Below, one piece after another: positions 38,946 to 47,765 of a stretch of DNA of 64,000 nucleotides. The translations under genes were made by a program, and so were the position numbers. Under the pieces are notes generated by a model that saw only the letters and a program-made list of their open reading frames with translations, did not search any database and was not told the origin of the DNA. The DNA comes from Candidatus Chazhemtobacterium aquaticus (GTDB lineage Bacteria > Patescibacteriota > Microgenomatia > UBA1400 > Chazhemtobacteraceae). Positions within the stretch are counted from its first letter, which is position 1; each line of letters begins with the position of its first letter. Location: positions 408,984 to 472,983 of the forward strand of contig NZ_CP047901.1 of the NCBI RefSeq assembly GCF_009936135.1, written 5' to 3'.

Positions 38946-40433
38946 ATGAAACCACCCCGTTTTCTTCGTTCCATTCCCCGTCAAGAACTTTTCTTCATCT
39001 CCCTCATCCTTCTCCTTGCCTTAAGCCTTCGCCTCTACCGCATCGATGATTACCTCACTTTCCTAGGTGATGAAGGCCGCGATGTCAGAGTGGTTCGCAA
39101 TATTCTTCAAGGCGATCCCGCCTTTATCGGTCCTCAGACCAGTATCGGCAATATGTATCTAGGCCCTCTCTACTACTACATGATGGCTCCTTTTTTATTG
39201 TTATGGAACTTCAATCCCGTCGGTCCGGCTATCATGGTTGCCCTGCTTGGTACCCTGACCGTTGCCTTTACCTGGTGGGTTGGTCGTACTTGGTTTTCTC
39301 CCTTAGCCGGTTTAATCGCCGCCTTTTTGTTTAGCATCTCGCCAGTTGCCATCATCTACAGCAAGTCTTCTTGGAACCCCAATCCCATGCCCTTCTTTGC
39401 TCTTCTTGCTTTCTGGTCTCTCTACCAAGCCTGGCAGAATCGCCGTTTCCTCTACCTTCTAGTCTTAGGTATTAGTGTCGCCTTCGCCCTTCAAATGCAC
39501 TACCTTGGTTTACTCCTCTTCCCCCCTCTTGGTCTTCTTTGGTTGGTTGCCCTAAAACGTTACTGGAACACCAAGGATCGTTACTCATTTGTTAAGCTTA
39601 GTCTCTTGGGTTTCCTTTCTTTTCTTCTGCTCATGAGTCCTCTGCTTCTTTTTGATATCAAGCACGACTTTCCCAATTATCAGGCCTTTACCGCCTTTTT
39701 CACCAATCGTCAGACTACCATCAACTTAAATCCGCTTAACTCAGACCGTTTCCTCTTGGTCCTAAACAAACTCACCGATGACCTGGTTATGGCCACCTCT
39801 CACTCATATCTGACTCTGGCCAGTGTCACTCTTATTACCCTCTCCCTCTTCTACCTTATCCGTACCTCCAAAGACAAAAAAAACTTCCTCACACTCCTCC
39901 TCTGGGTTGTTACAGGGTACCTGGGACTGGTTGTCTACAAGCAACACGTCTATGCCCACTACTTTGGATTTCTTTTCCCTGCCTACTATCTCTTGTTAGG
40001 TGTTCTTCTCTCCCGCCTTATTTCCTCCTCTCTACCAGCCCGTTTCCTAGCTGTTGCCCTTCTCTTATCCCTCTCCTATATATATCTTCAACACTCACCC
40101 TTACACTCTCCACCCAACAATCAGCTGTCAAGAACACAGGCGGCTGTTGACCAGATCATCTCTGCCAGTGGTGGCCAAGAATTCAACTTTGCCCTCATCG
40201 CCAAGCGAAACTACGACGAGTCCTACCGTTATTTCTTTGAGCTAAAACAAGCACCCTTGGTTAGGGGAGAGGATCGGCTCACCGACCAGCTTTTTGTCAT
40301 CTGCGAAGATGGTGATGCCTGTCAGCCGGAAGGTAATCCTCAGTACCAGGTTGCCATCTTTGGCCCCGCTCATGTAGTTGAGTCTTGGCAATTAGACCAC
40401 CTAAAACTCTACAAACTCATTCCCAGTCAATAA
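38946..40433 (+). CDS. GT-C glycosyltransferase, ArnT/PMT (GT39/GT83)-like
   Basis: N-terminal loop 'LTFLGDEGRDV' (DE motif) in about 12 TM helices; typical of lipid-linked sugar transferases. Confidence 0.7.
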   Translation: MKPPRFLRSIPRQELFFISLILLLALSLRLYRIDDYLTFLGDEGRDVRVVRNILQGDPAFIGPQTSIGNMYLGPLYYYMMAPFLLLWNFNPVGPAIMVALLGTLTVAFTWWVGRTWFSPLAGLIAAFLFSISPVAIIYSKSSWNPNPMPFFALLAFWSLYQAWQNRRFLYLLVLGISVAFALQMHYLGLLLFPPLGLLWLVALKRYWNTKDRYSFVKLSLLGFLSFLLLMSPLLLFDIKHDFPNYQAFTAFFTNRQTTINLNPLNSDRFLLVLNKLTDDLVMATSHSYLTLASVTLITLSLFYLIRTSKDKKNFLTLLLWVVTGYLGLVVYKQHVYAHYFGFLFPAYYLLLGVLLSRLISSSLPARFLAVALLLSLSYIYLQHSPLHSPPNNQLSRTQAAVDQIISASGGQEFNFALIAKRNYDESYRYFFELKQAPLVRGEDRLTDQLFVICEDGDACQPEGNPQYQVAIFGPAHVVESWQLDHLKLYKLIPSQ

Positions 40434-40440
40434 AAAACCC
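40403..40440. repeat. Direct repeat copy 1 (3' end of the GT-C gene, '..KLYKLIPSQ*')
   Basis: 'AAAACTCTACAAACTCATTCCCAGTCAATAAAAAACCC' versus 42211–42248 'AAAACTCTACAAACTCGTTCCTGGTCAACAAAAACCC', about 34/38 identical. Confidence 0.55.
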
Positions 40441-40608
40441 GGACAGCTTTTTTCTTTCCGAGCTATTCTGGACGTTTTGGTCACATTTTGTCACAAGCTA
40501 GGGATTCCGGTGAAAACTAATTAATATATTTTTTACCTCATTCTCGCTTGTTTTACTATCAACTTATAAGAAGAGGCACCTTATGGAGCTAACACTTTCG
40601 ATTTCAAT

Positions 40609-40890
40609 ATGTGGATCAAGGTGGGACTAAAGTATCCGATTTATTTTATAGATAAAGTGTTGTGTGATTATCGTATCCACAAAGAGCAGGTCAGCGAACT
40701 TCATTGGAGAAGAAAAGAAAAACCGACAGGTAAGATTGGTACTTATTTAGAAACAATCGGTGTTATAGCGAAACTATTGGACAATAAAAAATTAAAAGAC
40801 TCCAAGACAAAAACATTCTTCTTAGAGAGATTATCAGAGATTGACAATGAACTTGCTAATCTACTAAAACAAGTAGTTCCAGATTTATAA
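40609..40890 (+). pseudogene. Probable C-terminal remnant of a GT2 gene (93-aa ORF), AT-rich
   Basis: '..KVLCDYRIHKEQ..' resembles GT2 C-termini. No catalytic N-terminal domain is present. Confidence 0.3.
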
Positions 40891-40891
40891 A

Positions 40892-42079
40892 CTAGAGTGC
40901 ACCAAGGAGTTCCTCCTTGAAATGTTCTCCTTCTGAAGGAGTTCCCATCAATTTTGAAAGTCTTTTTTTGGAAATTACATAAGATTTACCTACACCAATA
41001 TTTCTCAAGAAGCTAATATCATGTGATACAACTAAAACTGCTCCTTGGAATTCCTGTAAAACTATCTCTATCTGTTCAATCGATTCAATATCCAAATTAT
41101 TTGTTGGCTCATCCAAAACCAATAAATCCACAGGCTGAACGACCATCATGGCGAGTGCTAATCTTGCTGTTTCACCACCACTCAACACCGATGCCCTTTT
41201 GTTTACTTCCGGAGTTTCTCTAAAAAGGAATCGTGCCAAATATTGTCGTAATTCACCTGGTGGAATAAAAGGCGCAACCCTTTGAGCATTTTCCAAGACA
41301 GATTGACCGCGATCAACTATCGCATACCGTTGATCAAGAAGTTGGACATTAATATCTTGTGCTAGTTGAATATCGCCAGTTGTTACTACATAATCCAGAC
41401 CTAGAATTCCTTTAATCCAAGTTGTTTTTCCAGACCCGTTGTTCCCAAATAAGGCTATTCGATCTCCAAAACTAATATCCATACTTCCGTCTTCAATCAC
41501 AACCATATCGCCATAAGAACAGGAAACATCACGAGCTGAAATTAGCCGCTTGCCTCTGTGAGCATCAGACTCTACTAAATTAGGTCTAATCTTGGCGGGC
41601 GTTTTTCTTTTAACTGCCTCTAGCTGTTCAAGGATCTCGTTTCTTTTACCCTCAGAAACACGCTTTTTCCTCCCAGCGGTTTTTGTAGCCCTTTCTTTGA
41701 AATAATGTGCACGAACCTTATCTAGATCATCAGGCTTTCTTGTTAAGTCCTTTCTTGCGCTATGAGCCACTCTTTGTTTTTCTTTTTCTATTTGCTTCTT
41801 GGCTTTTCTGACCTCACCACTCAAACGAACGACCTCCCTTTCTCTAGCAGCCTCTTGTAAACCTTTTTGTTCTTTGTAAAACTCATAATTACCACCATAC
41901 GGCTGTATAAAACCATCAGCAAGTTCCCATGTACTTGTTGTAACTTCGTTTAAGAAATCACGGTCATGAGATACGACCAAAAGCCCTCCTTGCCATTCAG
42001 AGATAAATTCTCTCAGCCACAAATTTGCATGCAAGTCTAGGTGATTTGTAGGTTCGTCTAATATGAGGTAAAGAATCAA
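40892..42079 (-). pseudogene. 5'-truncated ABC-F family ATPase (NBD1 Walker A missing)
   Basis: Begins with the NBD1 Walker B 'LILDEPTNHLDL', then linker and a complete NBD2 ('GNNGSGKTT', 'LSGGE', 'LLVLDEPTNNLD'). A stop lies immediately upstream in frame and the first start is TTG. Confidence 0.65.
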
Positions 42080-42210
42080 AAACTATTTTATAATCTTCAA
42101 TCAATTTATGCCTGTCTGAATCACTTCGTTCAATCAATGCAACTAATTGTATACTCTCATGGCGATAATAATACTCAAGGACAAAATAATAGTGAATTCT
42201 AAAAAATACT

Positions 42211-42248
42211 CAAAACTCTACAAACTCGTTCCTGGTCAACAAAAACCC
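42211..42248. repeat. Direct repeat copy 2 (encodes '..KLYKLVPGQQKP*' in frame)
   Basis: See copy 1. Followed by the hairpin 'CCCTG..CAGGG'. Confidence 0.55.
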
Positions 42249-42284
42249 TGATGGGTAAGGTCTTCCACCAGGGCTTTAAAAACT

Positions 42285-42530
42285 TCACAAGATCAAGATC
42301 GCCAACACTTGGGTTGCCGGATAGAGTAGGCTGACCACGATCAGCAACCAGCCCAAAGCCTCGACCCCTTTTCCTGGATCCTCAGGTAAGCGCTTACTTG
42401 CCATCAGATCAACAACTCCTTCGGCCAGAAAAATCATCGAGATGATCCACAAGCCAGCAGACTCGCCGATAGATAGCAGAAATACCGCTACCATCAGCAC
42501 AACGGCCAAGAACATTGTCCACGCTTTCAT
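42285..42530 (-). CDS. Small membrane protein (81 aa, 3 TM)
   Basis: Hydrophobic helices; typical local composition. Confidence 0.4.
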   Translation of the reverse strand: MKAWTMFLAVVLMVAVFLLSIGESAGLWIISMIFLAEGVVDLMASKRLPEDPGKGVEALGWLLIVVSLLYPATQVLAILIL

Positions 42531-42783
42531 TTCTACTCCAATCTCTATAGAAAGAGCAATGCCCTATATAATATCTCAGTTATAGGACTTAATCAAACTC
42601 GTGTATAGCTCACACGCTCTTCGGAATTTGGCTGTTAATGAACCGGATCAAACTCAGGTAGCTAAGAGAACTGTGCGGTCTTTTGTATCTGTAATCGTAC
42701 CAGGCATAGCTGTTAAGTTTGGCTTCTACTGATATTTTATTAATACATAAATAAAGTGAAGCAGTACAGCACAACCCTATAAC

Positions 42784-42812
42784 TTGACAGGTTTGCCTTG
42801 AGGATATAGAAT
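42784..42812 (+). promoter_or_regulatory. Sigma-70-like promoter (TTGACA–17 nt–TAGAAT)
   Basis: Read directly: −35 at 42784–42789, 17-nt spacer, −10 at 42807–42812. Confidence 0.45.
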
Positions 42813-42870
42813 TAAATTATGGTTAACCAAGAAAAAAGCTTGGTGGTTAGCCTCATAAGAGGTTAGGATT

Positions 42871-42897
42871 TTTGCCCGCAACTATGCGGGTTTTTTG
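42871..42897 (+). terminator. Intrinsic terminator/attenuator between the promoter and the downstream gene
   Basis: 'CCCGCA-ACTA-TGCGGG' then TTTTTT; preceded by a 14-codon mini-ORF (ATG 42828) and two small hairpins. Confidence 0.5.
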
Positions 42898-43008
42898 TAA
42901 TATTAATTTATGGATGAAAATAAAATGGTAGAAAGAGGCAGGCAAATAGACACCAATGAGGTTCGGGAACAAAGTACTGGCTTAAAGGAAGATCAATCTA
43001 ATGTAGAG

Positions 43009-44430
43009 ATGAGAGGACAGGGTGTGTCTAGAAGGACTTTTCTGAAACTGGGTGCAGCTGCGGCAGCATTGGCGGCTGCAGAGAGAATAGGGTTGGTTCG
43101 AGTTGAGGCCCAAGAGGGAGAAGGTTACATCGTAACCAGATTGCCGGATGTAGACATGAGTGAGGCTGAGTTAGCTTCGGCCAATGACACAGATGGTGTG
43201 ATTGAGATGGAAGCCAACTCACCATTAAGTAGGTTGGCAATCGGACTACAAGAAAGAGTAAACGAGGCAAATAGTGGAGGAACTGAGAGAGCCGCTTTAA
43301 ACGTATCCCTGGTTGGTGATAGTGCACCGGCAGCTTTGGCAAGAGCCAGAGGAACAGCACTACCATATATGGAGATTAAGAGTGACCAGACAAGAGCGGG
43401 AGATTGGGTCTTAAGAGAAGGTAGTATCGTTTTCCCAAGACAAGTTGATGCTTACGGCGAGATTGAGTATGGCTACATGGAACCAGTGGAGGTACAAGGG
43501 TATGGCTTGACCAGACCTTTGTTAACCCCAGTGACCAGTGATTTAAGAAGGTATTTTCAAGACCTTGGATTGAGATCCCCATCCGTGGGTGACTGGGTGG
43601 CAATGACAGTAATCGATCGAGGAGACAGTGTCATTCCCGTATCCCTGGCTGTAACCAATCAAGCTGGAGAACCAATGGCCGTGGTTATTAGCTTTGGAGC
43701 AAACCAAGAAGCACCAGCGACACCAATACCGACTTTGGCGCCGGTAATGGGTGAGGTGGTGTTGATAGCGGAACCAGCTGTTGAGTACCAAGTTGATCCT
43801 ACCGGAGAGATCATGGAGACAATGCCAAGAAAGTGGGACGAGGTTGAGATAGTGAATAACGGGGCGAGAATGGGTATACCCAATGGAGAGGTACCAGCCG
43901 GAGTTTACAATGACCCAAACGGCTTAACATACTTGGTAGGTAGATTTGAGCGGGTTTATCGAGGCGGCAACATAGAGAATGATAGTGATATTTGGTATGG
44001 TGAGTTACAAGTTCAAGGTCAGAGGGTAACTGTCATTATCGGAGAGGAGCAAAGTATTGTTGGGGTATCCGATCTAACAGGATGGAGCGAGGAGTATGGC
44101 GGGAGTCCGGGTGTGGCTATTAGCCAGAGACTTGTAAGCTTCCCAACTTTGCAAGTAGTAGAATATTTGCAGCAGAATCCTGGCATTCCAGTGATGTTGG
44201 AGTATGAGTGGGGAATTGAAGAACAGGTAAACGCTTTAAGAGGAAGAACTGACGAGATGGCTGTCCGAGCAGTTGAATCTTATGACACGCAGTATAGCAT
44301 TACAGACACAGGTGATTTTATTCAAAGATCCAGGGCTAGCGGGGGCAATGTTAATTTAGATGGCATGATATTGTGGAGAGCTTTAACTTGGATGCCCGGA
44401 ATGTTTAATTACGCGAACAGAAACGCATAA
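43009..44430 (+). CDS. Secreted protein of unknown function with twin-arginine (Tat) signal; compositionally foreign
   Basis: 'MRGQGVSRRTFLKLGAAAAALAAAERIG' carries the S-R-R-x-F-L-K Tat motif. The ORF is open from 42910. The coding strand is purine/G-rich, unlike neighbours. Confidence 0.6.
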   Translation: MRGQGVSRRTFLKLGAAAAALAAAERIGLVRVEAQEGEGYIVTRLPDVDMSEAELASANDTDGVIEMEANSPLSRLAIGLQERVNEANSGGTERAALNVSLVGDSAPAALARARGTALPYMEIKSDQTRAGDWVLREGSIVFPRQVDAYGEIEYGYMEPVEVQGYGLTRPLLTPVTSDLRRYFQDLGLRSPSVGDWVAMTVIDRGDSVIPVSLAVTNQAGEPMAVVISFGANQEAPATPIPTLAPVMGEVVLIAEPAVEYQVDPTGEIMETMPRKWDEVEIVNNGARMGIPNGEVPAGVYNDPNGLTYLVGRFERVYRGGNIENDSDIWYGELQVQGQRVTVIIGEEQSIVGVSDLTGWSEEYGGSPGVAISQRLVSFPTLQVVEYLQQNPGIPVMLEYEWGIEEQVNALRGRTDEMAVRAVESYDTQYSITDTGDFIQRSRASGGNVNLDGMILWRALTWMPGMFNYANRNA

Positions 44431-44467
44431 GGTCTTGAGGCGGGTAAGCGAAAATCTTGCGGCGTGA

Positions 44468-45023
44468 CGGAACAAAAGGGTATCATTAGCAAAGCCATAT
44501 ATTGTTTATACGGGTAATTTGTATCCGCACAAAAACCTCCCCACCCTATTTAAAGCAATCAAATTATTGAATGGAAAAGTGAATCTTGCGATTGTATGTG
44601 CAAGATCAGTTTTTACAGAAAGAGCAGAAAAATATATCCAAAGAGAAAAAGTATCTAGATACGTTAAGTTTCTCGGCTATGTCCCTGATAAAGAATTGAT
44701 TAGCTTATATTCCCAATCAGAGGCTTTAGTCCAACCTTCGCTTATTGAAGGATTCGGCTTGACGGGATTAGAAGCGATGGCCGTAAAAACTCCAGTGATT
44801 GCGGCCAATGCTTCTTGTCTACCAGAGGTTTACCAAAACGCAGCCTTGTTTTTTGAACCACTTGATTCAAATGATCTTTACAAAAAAAATTTTACTGCTA
44901 CTCGAAAATAACAAAAAGAGGATTAATCTGGTTAAGAAGGGACAGAAACTAATAAAAAAATTTTCTTGGAGAAAGATGGCTAAGCAAACAGTAAATATCT
45001 ATTTGAAAACAATTCAGGAGTGA
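44468..45023 (+). pseudogene. GT4 glycosyltransferase remnant: N-terminally truncated and frameshifted
   Basis: Opens directly after a stop with 'KPYIVYTGNLYPHKN..EGFGLTGLEAMAVKTPVIA' (GT4 C-domain). The canonical GT4 C-terminus 'KFSWRKMAKQTVNIYL' is in another frame (44799..45023). The shift lies in the A8 run at ~44881–44888. Confidence 0.6.
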
Positions 45024-45070
45024 TCCCTTAGCAGAGCTGTTATACCAACACTAATTAAACGTATCACTTA

Positions 45071-45349
45071 CAGAACAAAGGGTTGGATACAGTCGAAGCA
45101 AACGAACGTCTGGGGTTTCCAGCGGAACTTAGGGAATACTTACCGGTTCGCGATATTCTGGTGGATCTACAAGTCAAAACCATCACCCTGATGACCAACA
45201 ACCCTGACAAAATACGTAAGCTAACAGATTTAGGAATCGTGATTAACGACTACTCACCGCTGGAGACAAAACCTGGAATATACAATCAGCGGTATTTAAA
45301 AACAAAAAAGCAAAATGAATCATCGGTTACAAAAGGTGTAATAATATGA
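45071..45349 (+). pseudogene. ribA: 3' remnant of GTP cyclohydrolase II (last ~90 aa only)
   Basis: 'LQNKGLDTVEANERLGF..LMTNNPDKIRKLTDLGI..NQRYLKTKK' aligns with the E. coli RibA C-terminus ('QDQGLDTVEANHQLGF..LLTNNPKKVEIL..NEHYLDTKAEK'). A stop lies in frame at 45056–45058; the catalytic core is absent. Confidence 0.7.
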
Positions 45350-45894
45350 CACATATGAAAGTTGTTTTAGGTTCCACTAGCGATAGTAAAATTCAAATAC
45401 TCAAAGATACTCTGCAGCCCATGTCAAGGCAAAATCTTGAGATATCTGGAGTTGAGGTAGCGTCGGGGGTTGCTGACCAACCACTAGATGAGACGACCAC
45501 AATACAAGGAGCTATCAATCGTGCCAAAAATGCGCTTAGTAAAACACAAGGTTATGATTTTGCGGTTGGACTTGAGGGAGGTTTACATGATGTGGTAAAC
45601 ATGGGCTACTTCCTGATCTGTGCCGCCGCCATCTATGACAAAACGAACCATCTCTCACTCGGCATCGGAGGTAAACTTCAACTCCCCGTTGAAGTTTCAT
45701 CCAGAGTCAAAGCGGGAGAGCAATTTGGAGTAGTAATCCGCGAATATGAACAAAAACATCAAACCGATCCTCAAGCACTTCTGCTTATCCAAGCACTCAT
45801 ATCCAGAGAGAAAGCTTTTAAGCAAGCCATCCAAAACGCATATTTGGCATATAAAAATAAACACCATTTTAGTCAATTCTCATCAGCCTCTTAA
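45346..45894 (+). CDS. YjjX-family inosine/xanthosine triphosphatase
   Basis: 'SGVADQPLDETTTIQGAINRA' versus E. coli YjjX '[21 protein letters not shown]'; 'VGLEGG' motif. Confidence 0.65.
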   Translation: MTHMKVVLGSTSDSKIQILKDTLQPMSRQNLEISGVEVASGVADQPLDETTTIQGAINRAKNALSKTQGYDFAVGLEGGLHDVVNMGYFLICAAAIYDKTNHLSLGIGGKLQLPVEVSSRVKAGEQFGVVIREYEQKHQTDPQALLLIQALISREKAFKQAIQNAYLAYKNKHHFSQFSSAS

Positions 45895-45991
45895 TATCTA
45901 CAAGATAGTTTTTGGCTAATTCTCTTATATGTTTTGAGTTATTCACTCAATATGTGATTAGGTCTAGACCTCACAAACCTGTACAATAGCC

Positions 45992-47002
45992 TTGTTAGCC
46001 ATCAACATATTTATGAGTGTTCCCACCCCAGTTCTTAAGTCCATTATCGAAAACGACAGCTTTCTAGCTCATGCTCACCTAGGCCCTGATGCCGACTCCA
46101 TCGGATCGACTTTGGCACTTAAACTAGGCCTTGAATCAGTCGGCAAGGTTGTCCATATTTACTGCGAAGACACCATTCCTGAATTTGCCTCCTTCCTACC
46201 TCATATTGACCAGTTTGCTGTCTCCACTCTTGAAGATGCTCTCAAAATCTATGACGCTGATATCTACCTCTCCCTCGACTCAGCCAAATGGGGGCTTATA
46301 ACCCACCACACCCCGGTCCCTGAGCTTCACCTGCCTTTGGTTAACATCGATCATCACTCCGACAATCACCTGGATACTCCATTAGCCTGGGTTGATAGCC
46401 AGTACAGCTCCACCGCCGAGATGGTCTTCCATCTCCTTAATGAGTTGGAAATCGATATCACTCCCCAAATTGCCACCTGTTTACTTTTTGGAATCCTGGG
46501 CGACACTGGTGCTTTCCAGAATCTTAATACCGACAGCAACTCTCTGCGAATCGCTGCCATCCTTAAGGACAAGGGCGGCGACTATATCCAATGTCTGATT
46601 GAACTGACTCGCTCCCAGGAGTTTCTTGAGCTCAAAGCATGGCAGCCCCTTTTAGAGAATCTAACCCTCTCCTCTGACGGCAGTTTTGTTTACTCTACCC
46701 TCTCACCAGAGGAGATAGCTTCTCTAGAAAAATCACCCCAAATCGGTCTTTTTGCCAATGCCATTATCGGCAAGATCAACGGCACCAAGTTTGGCGCGGT
46801 TCTAGCTGAAAAACAGTCAGGTATCACCAAAGGAGCGCTACGCAGCCGTCATCCCGATACGGACGTCACCCTCATTGCCCGCCTTCTTTCCGGTGGTGGC
46901 CACCCCGGGGCCGCTGGTTTTCGCTTGCTCAAGCCCTTAAAGGAAGCCAAGCAGGATTTCCTCAATGCAGTCGAATATTTACAAAAACAGGGTAAAATCT
47001 AG
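45992..47002 (+). CDS. DHH/DHHA1 phosphoesterase (NrnA-like nanoRNase/pAp phosphatase)
   Basis: 'AHLGPDADSIGS' and 'IDHHSDNH' (DHH); DHHA1 'GGGHPGAAGF'. Confidence 0.8.
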   Translation: MLAINIFMSVPTPVLKSIIENDSFLAHAHLGPDADSIGSTLALKLGLESVGKVVHIYCEDTIPEFASFLPHIDQFAVSTLEDALKIYDADIYLSLDSAKWGLITHHTPVPELHLPLVNIDHHSDNHLDTPLAWVDSQYSSTAEMVFHLLNELEIDITPQIATCLLFGILGDTGAFQNLNTDSNSLRIAAILKDKGGDYIQCLIELTRSQEFLELKAWQPLLENLTLSSDGSFVYSTLSPEEIASLEKSPQIGLFANAIIGKINGTKFGAVLAEKQSGITKGALRSRHPDTDVTLIARLLSGGGHPGAAGFRLLKPLKEAKQDFLNAVEYLQKQGKI

Positions 47003-47005
47003 AGT

Positions 47006-47764
47006 ATGGCCAGCAAACCTCAGGTCTCTATCGTCATCCCCAACTACAACGAAGAACAAAACATCAAGCGTGGTGTTTTAGATCAAGTTGCCAGCTATCT
47101 CTCCAAAGCCAAGTTTACCTACGAAGTCATCATCTCCGATGATGGCAGCAGTGATTCGAGTCTAGATTTAGCCCTTGCCTTTGCTCGTAAGCACCCCCAC
47201 TTTAGAGTTCTAAAAAACCCTCACGGTGGCAAAGCCGCCGCTGTCTATGCAGGTATCAAAGCAGCTAAGGGTGATGTTGTTCTCTTTACCGACATGGATC
47301 AAAGCACTCCTCTAAAAGAAATCGAAAAGTTGCTTCCTTGGTATGATCGCGGTTACCAGGTTGTTTTTGGTTCTAGAGGTAAGGCTAGAAAAAATTTCCC
47401 TTGGTACCGCCAGCTCACCTCCTGGGGCTTTCGTTTTGTCCGTCAGATCTTCTTGCTTCGTGACGTCACCGACACTCAATGCGGCTTCAAGTCCTTCAAG
47501 ACCAAAGTAGCCCAGCAAATTTTCCCCAAGTTAGAGATCATCAATAAGGCTGGTACCACCAAAGGCTGGGTCGTCTCTGCCTTTGATGTTGAGCTTCTTT
47601 TTCTTGCTGAAAAATTTGGTTACAAGCTCAAAGAGGTCGATGTTACTTGGCGTGATGAGGACGTCGCCACCAACAAATCCAAAAACTTCTTCAAAGAATC
47701 AACCGATATGTTAAAGCAAATCCTGCGCGTCAAGTTAAACGACCTAAAAGGCGTCTACAACTAA
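47006..47764 (+). CDS. GT2 glycosyltransferase (Dpm1/GtrB-like)
   Basis: 'VSIVIPNYNEEQNI', 'VIISDDGSSDSS', 'DMDQSTP'. Confidence 0.8.
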   Translation: MASKPQVSIVIPNYNEEQNIKRGVLDQVASYLSKAKFTYEVIISDDGSSDSSLDLALAFARKHPHFRVLKNPHGGKAAAVYAGIKAAKGDVVLFTDMDQSTPLKEIEKLLPWYDRGYQVVFGSRGKARKNFPWYRQLTSWGFRFVRQIFLLRDVTDTQCGFKSFKTKVAQQIFPKLEIINKAGTTKGWVVSAFDVELLFLAEKFGYKLKEVDVTWRDEDVATNKSKNFFKESTDMLKQILRVKLNDLKGVYN

Positions 47765-47765
47765 T

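Noticed and set aside
42910-43008. Upstream extension of the Tat-signal protein (start at 42910, MDENKMVERGRQ..)
   Set aside because: Possible, but it would place ~33 residues before the RR motif. The ATG at 43009 gives a canonical Tat n-region, and the terminator and leader end at 42897, so either start fits. The shorter one is reported.
43028-43883. Four minus-strand ORFs inside the Tat-signal gene
   Set aside because: They arise because this gene's coding strand is purine-rich (the complement mimics the local C/T-rich coding style). The 506-codon plus-strand frame is the only continuous one.
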